DNA of 63,981 bases, the filler included, from Octopus bimaculoides (taxonomy: Eukaryota): NCBI RefSeq assembly GCF_001194135.2. It is 7 parts of 5 records of this genome, joined end to end, with 100 filler letters (N's around TTAATTAATTAA, not from the genome) between each part and the next. Parts side by side here need not be neighbours in the genome. Positions count along the whole stretch, not along the records: positions 57,960 to 62,448 come from NW_026425481.1; positions 62,549 to 63,981 come from NC_069003.1; 5 more parts are not named here. One strand, written 5' to 3'. The notes beneath the pieces were generated by a model. The model had not been told where the DNA came from. It did no database searches and worked only from the letters and a program-made list of their open reading frames with translations. Positions 62,234-63,981 of the stretch are shown piece by piece. How positions within the stretch are numbered: the stretch's first letter is position 1; every line of letters starts with the position of its first letter. Position numbers and translations under genes: made by a program.

Positions 62234-62950
62234 ATTATTTATTATTATTATTATTATTATTATTGTTATTATTATTATTATTATTATTTATCAATTTATG
62301 ATTATCATCTGCTTTCTGAATGAACATCTCTTTTTTTTTAGGGGGGAGGGGGCGAGTTTACCTACATATGTTGATGTACATCAAGAAGAAGTTTGCAGAA
62401 GGATTTTTAATTGCTTTTTCTTTCCTTTCTTCCCCTGAAAAAACATAANNNNNNNNNNNNNNNNNNNNNNNNNNNNNNNNNNNNNNNNNNNNTTAATTAA
62501 TTAANNNNNNNNNNNNNNNNNNNNNNNNNNNNNNNNNNNNNNNNNNNNAGATGTCCTCCTGGGGCTAAAAGCAACAGTAACATCCACCCCTACGGGTCAG
62601 CCACACTTAAGTGGCAATATACTACACTTTATATATTAATACATATATATATAAATACATATATAAATACATATATATATATATATATATATATAGATAT
62701 ATATATAAACACACACATTTGTTTGTATATCTCTGGGAATATGGATACATATCCAAGCATAGATATATATGTGCATAAATAACTGCATGCATTTATACAC
62801 AGCCACACATACATATGCATGTACGTATGAGTATGTATATGTGTATATATATGTATGTATATGTGTATGTATATGTGTATATATATATACAGTTATGTAT
62901 ATGATATATATAATGTGTGTGTATATATGTGTGTGTGTGTGTGTGTGTGC

Positions 62951-63030
<80 letters not shown>

Positions 63031-63289
63031 ATATATGCTTGTTTACATTTCTGTACGTTGAAACGCACTTTGAAATGCATGTCGATTGTTATGAGCTGGA
63101 AAGTATAAGACTACAATCTCGAACACAAATATACTCGAACTTACGTCTCCCAGTTCACCCTTCGATACAATGATCACGCTATTATGGTTCCATGGTAATA
63201 AGTCACTTCACGCAGCAGTATATAATTCCTTTTTAAAAGAATAAGCAACAGTATTTTCAACTGCAATCAATAGTTGCGAATAGAATTAA

Positions 63290-63560
63290 GATGCTGAAAG
63301 TGATGGAAACATGGCGCCTTAAAATTAAATCTTATAGAAAGATGTTTAACGTTGATACATAGAACATCGAGAATGATAGAAGAGAAGTCTACAAACAGCG
63401 GTTCTCTTCATTTAATTATTAAAACATGGAATTTTAAGTTCTTAGAATATGTAACAGGACAGTATGACACCCTACGTCCAGCAAATAAGGTCACACATGA
63501 CCAGAAATTTTTATTAAAGGGGGCTGCTCAGCTACATCTTGATGAAGATGGCGGAAACTA
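63290..63560 (+). mobile_element. Highly decayed RTE-like LINE remnant
   Basis: YRKMF..., LIIKTWNFKFLEYV resemble the RTE post-RT motifs YRRML...IKKRKLKFFGHV. Confidence 0.4.
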
Positions 63561-63981
63561 TAATGCTGGTTTATAATAGAAAGAAAAACGGGAAATGGAT
63601 GTGATAAATGCTATATAGCTACGGCCTTTTTTCCGATTATAATATTGATTGAGTAGAAAGGCCATCATTCTTATTACATTGAGGTAACAACTTCGAAATG
63701 TAAATTCGAGTATCACCTGTACTTGCGTGTATATCTACCTTTATATAACTGTTCTTATATCGGCAAGTTTTGCTTTGTTTAAAAAATATAAATAGTGTGC
63801 ATTCGATGCAGGTATATGGCCATCGAAGAATGCATCCGAAACTCGGAGTTTTATCATGGCTACCGAATAATTGTCACATATTATTTACAGATAAATTCGT
63901 CTATTTACATAATATCGAGGTTTCTTTCTTTCTTTTGTTGTCTTACTTTTTCTATCAATATATATATATATATATAAATAT

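Overview
This is repeat-saturated, AT-rich eukaryotic DNA with many N gaps. The SINE families and microsatellite load suggest an octopus/cephalopod draft assembly (inference, not verified). No recognisable intact host protein-coding gene is present; nearly all long ORFs in the track run through N gaps or simple repeats. The window holds decayed mobile elements: four R4/Dong-like non-LTR retrotransposon fragments (three adjacent to (TAA)n), three Tx1-like LINE fragments (two in (TATC)n), RTE (Expander/Rex3-like and BovB-like) and CR1-group fragments, and a Penelope GIY-YIG ORF. It also has a Chapaev3 remnant, a hATm-type transposase split into opposite-strand halves, Tc1/mariner and hAT MITEs with TSDs, and about 25 copies of at least three tRNA-derived SINE families. 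Six 100-bp N44-TTAATTAATTAA-N44 spacers are artificial scaffold joins, so adjacency across them is uncertain. The best leads are microsatellite-targeted LINEs, modular SINE chimeras, dsRNA-forming inverted repeats, degenerate Penelope hammerhead motifs, and a few TE-poor CpG-rich islands with candidate exons. All coordinates were read by hand, and most element edges are approximate.
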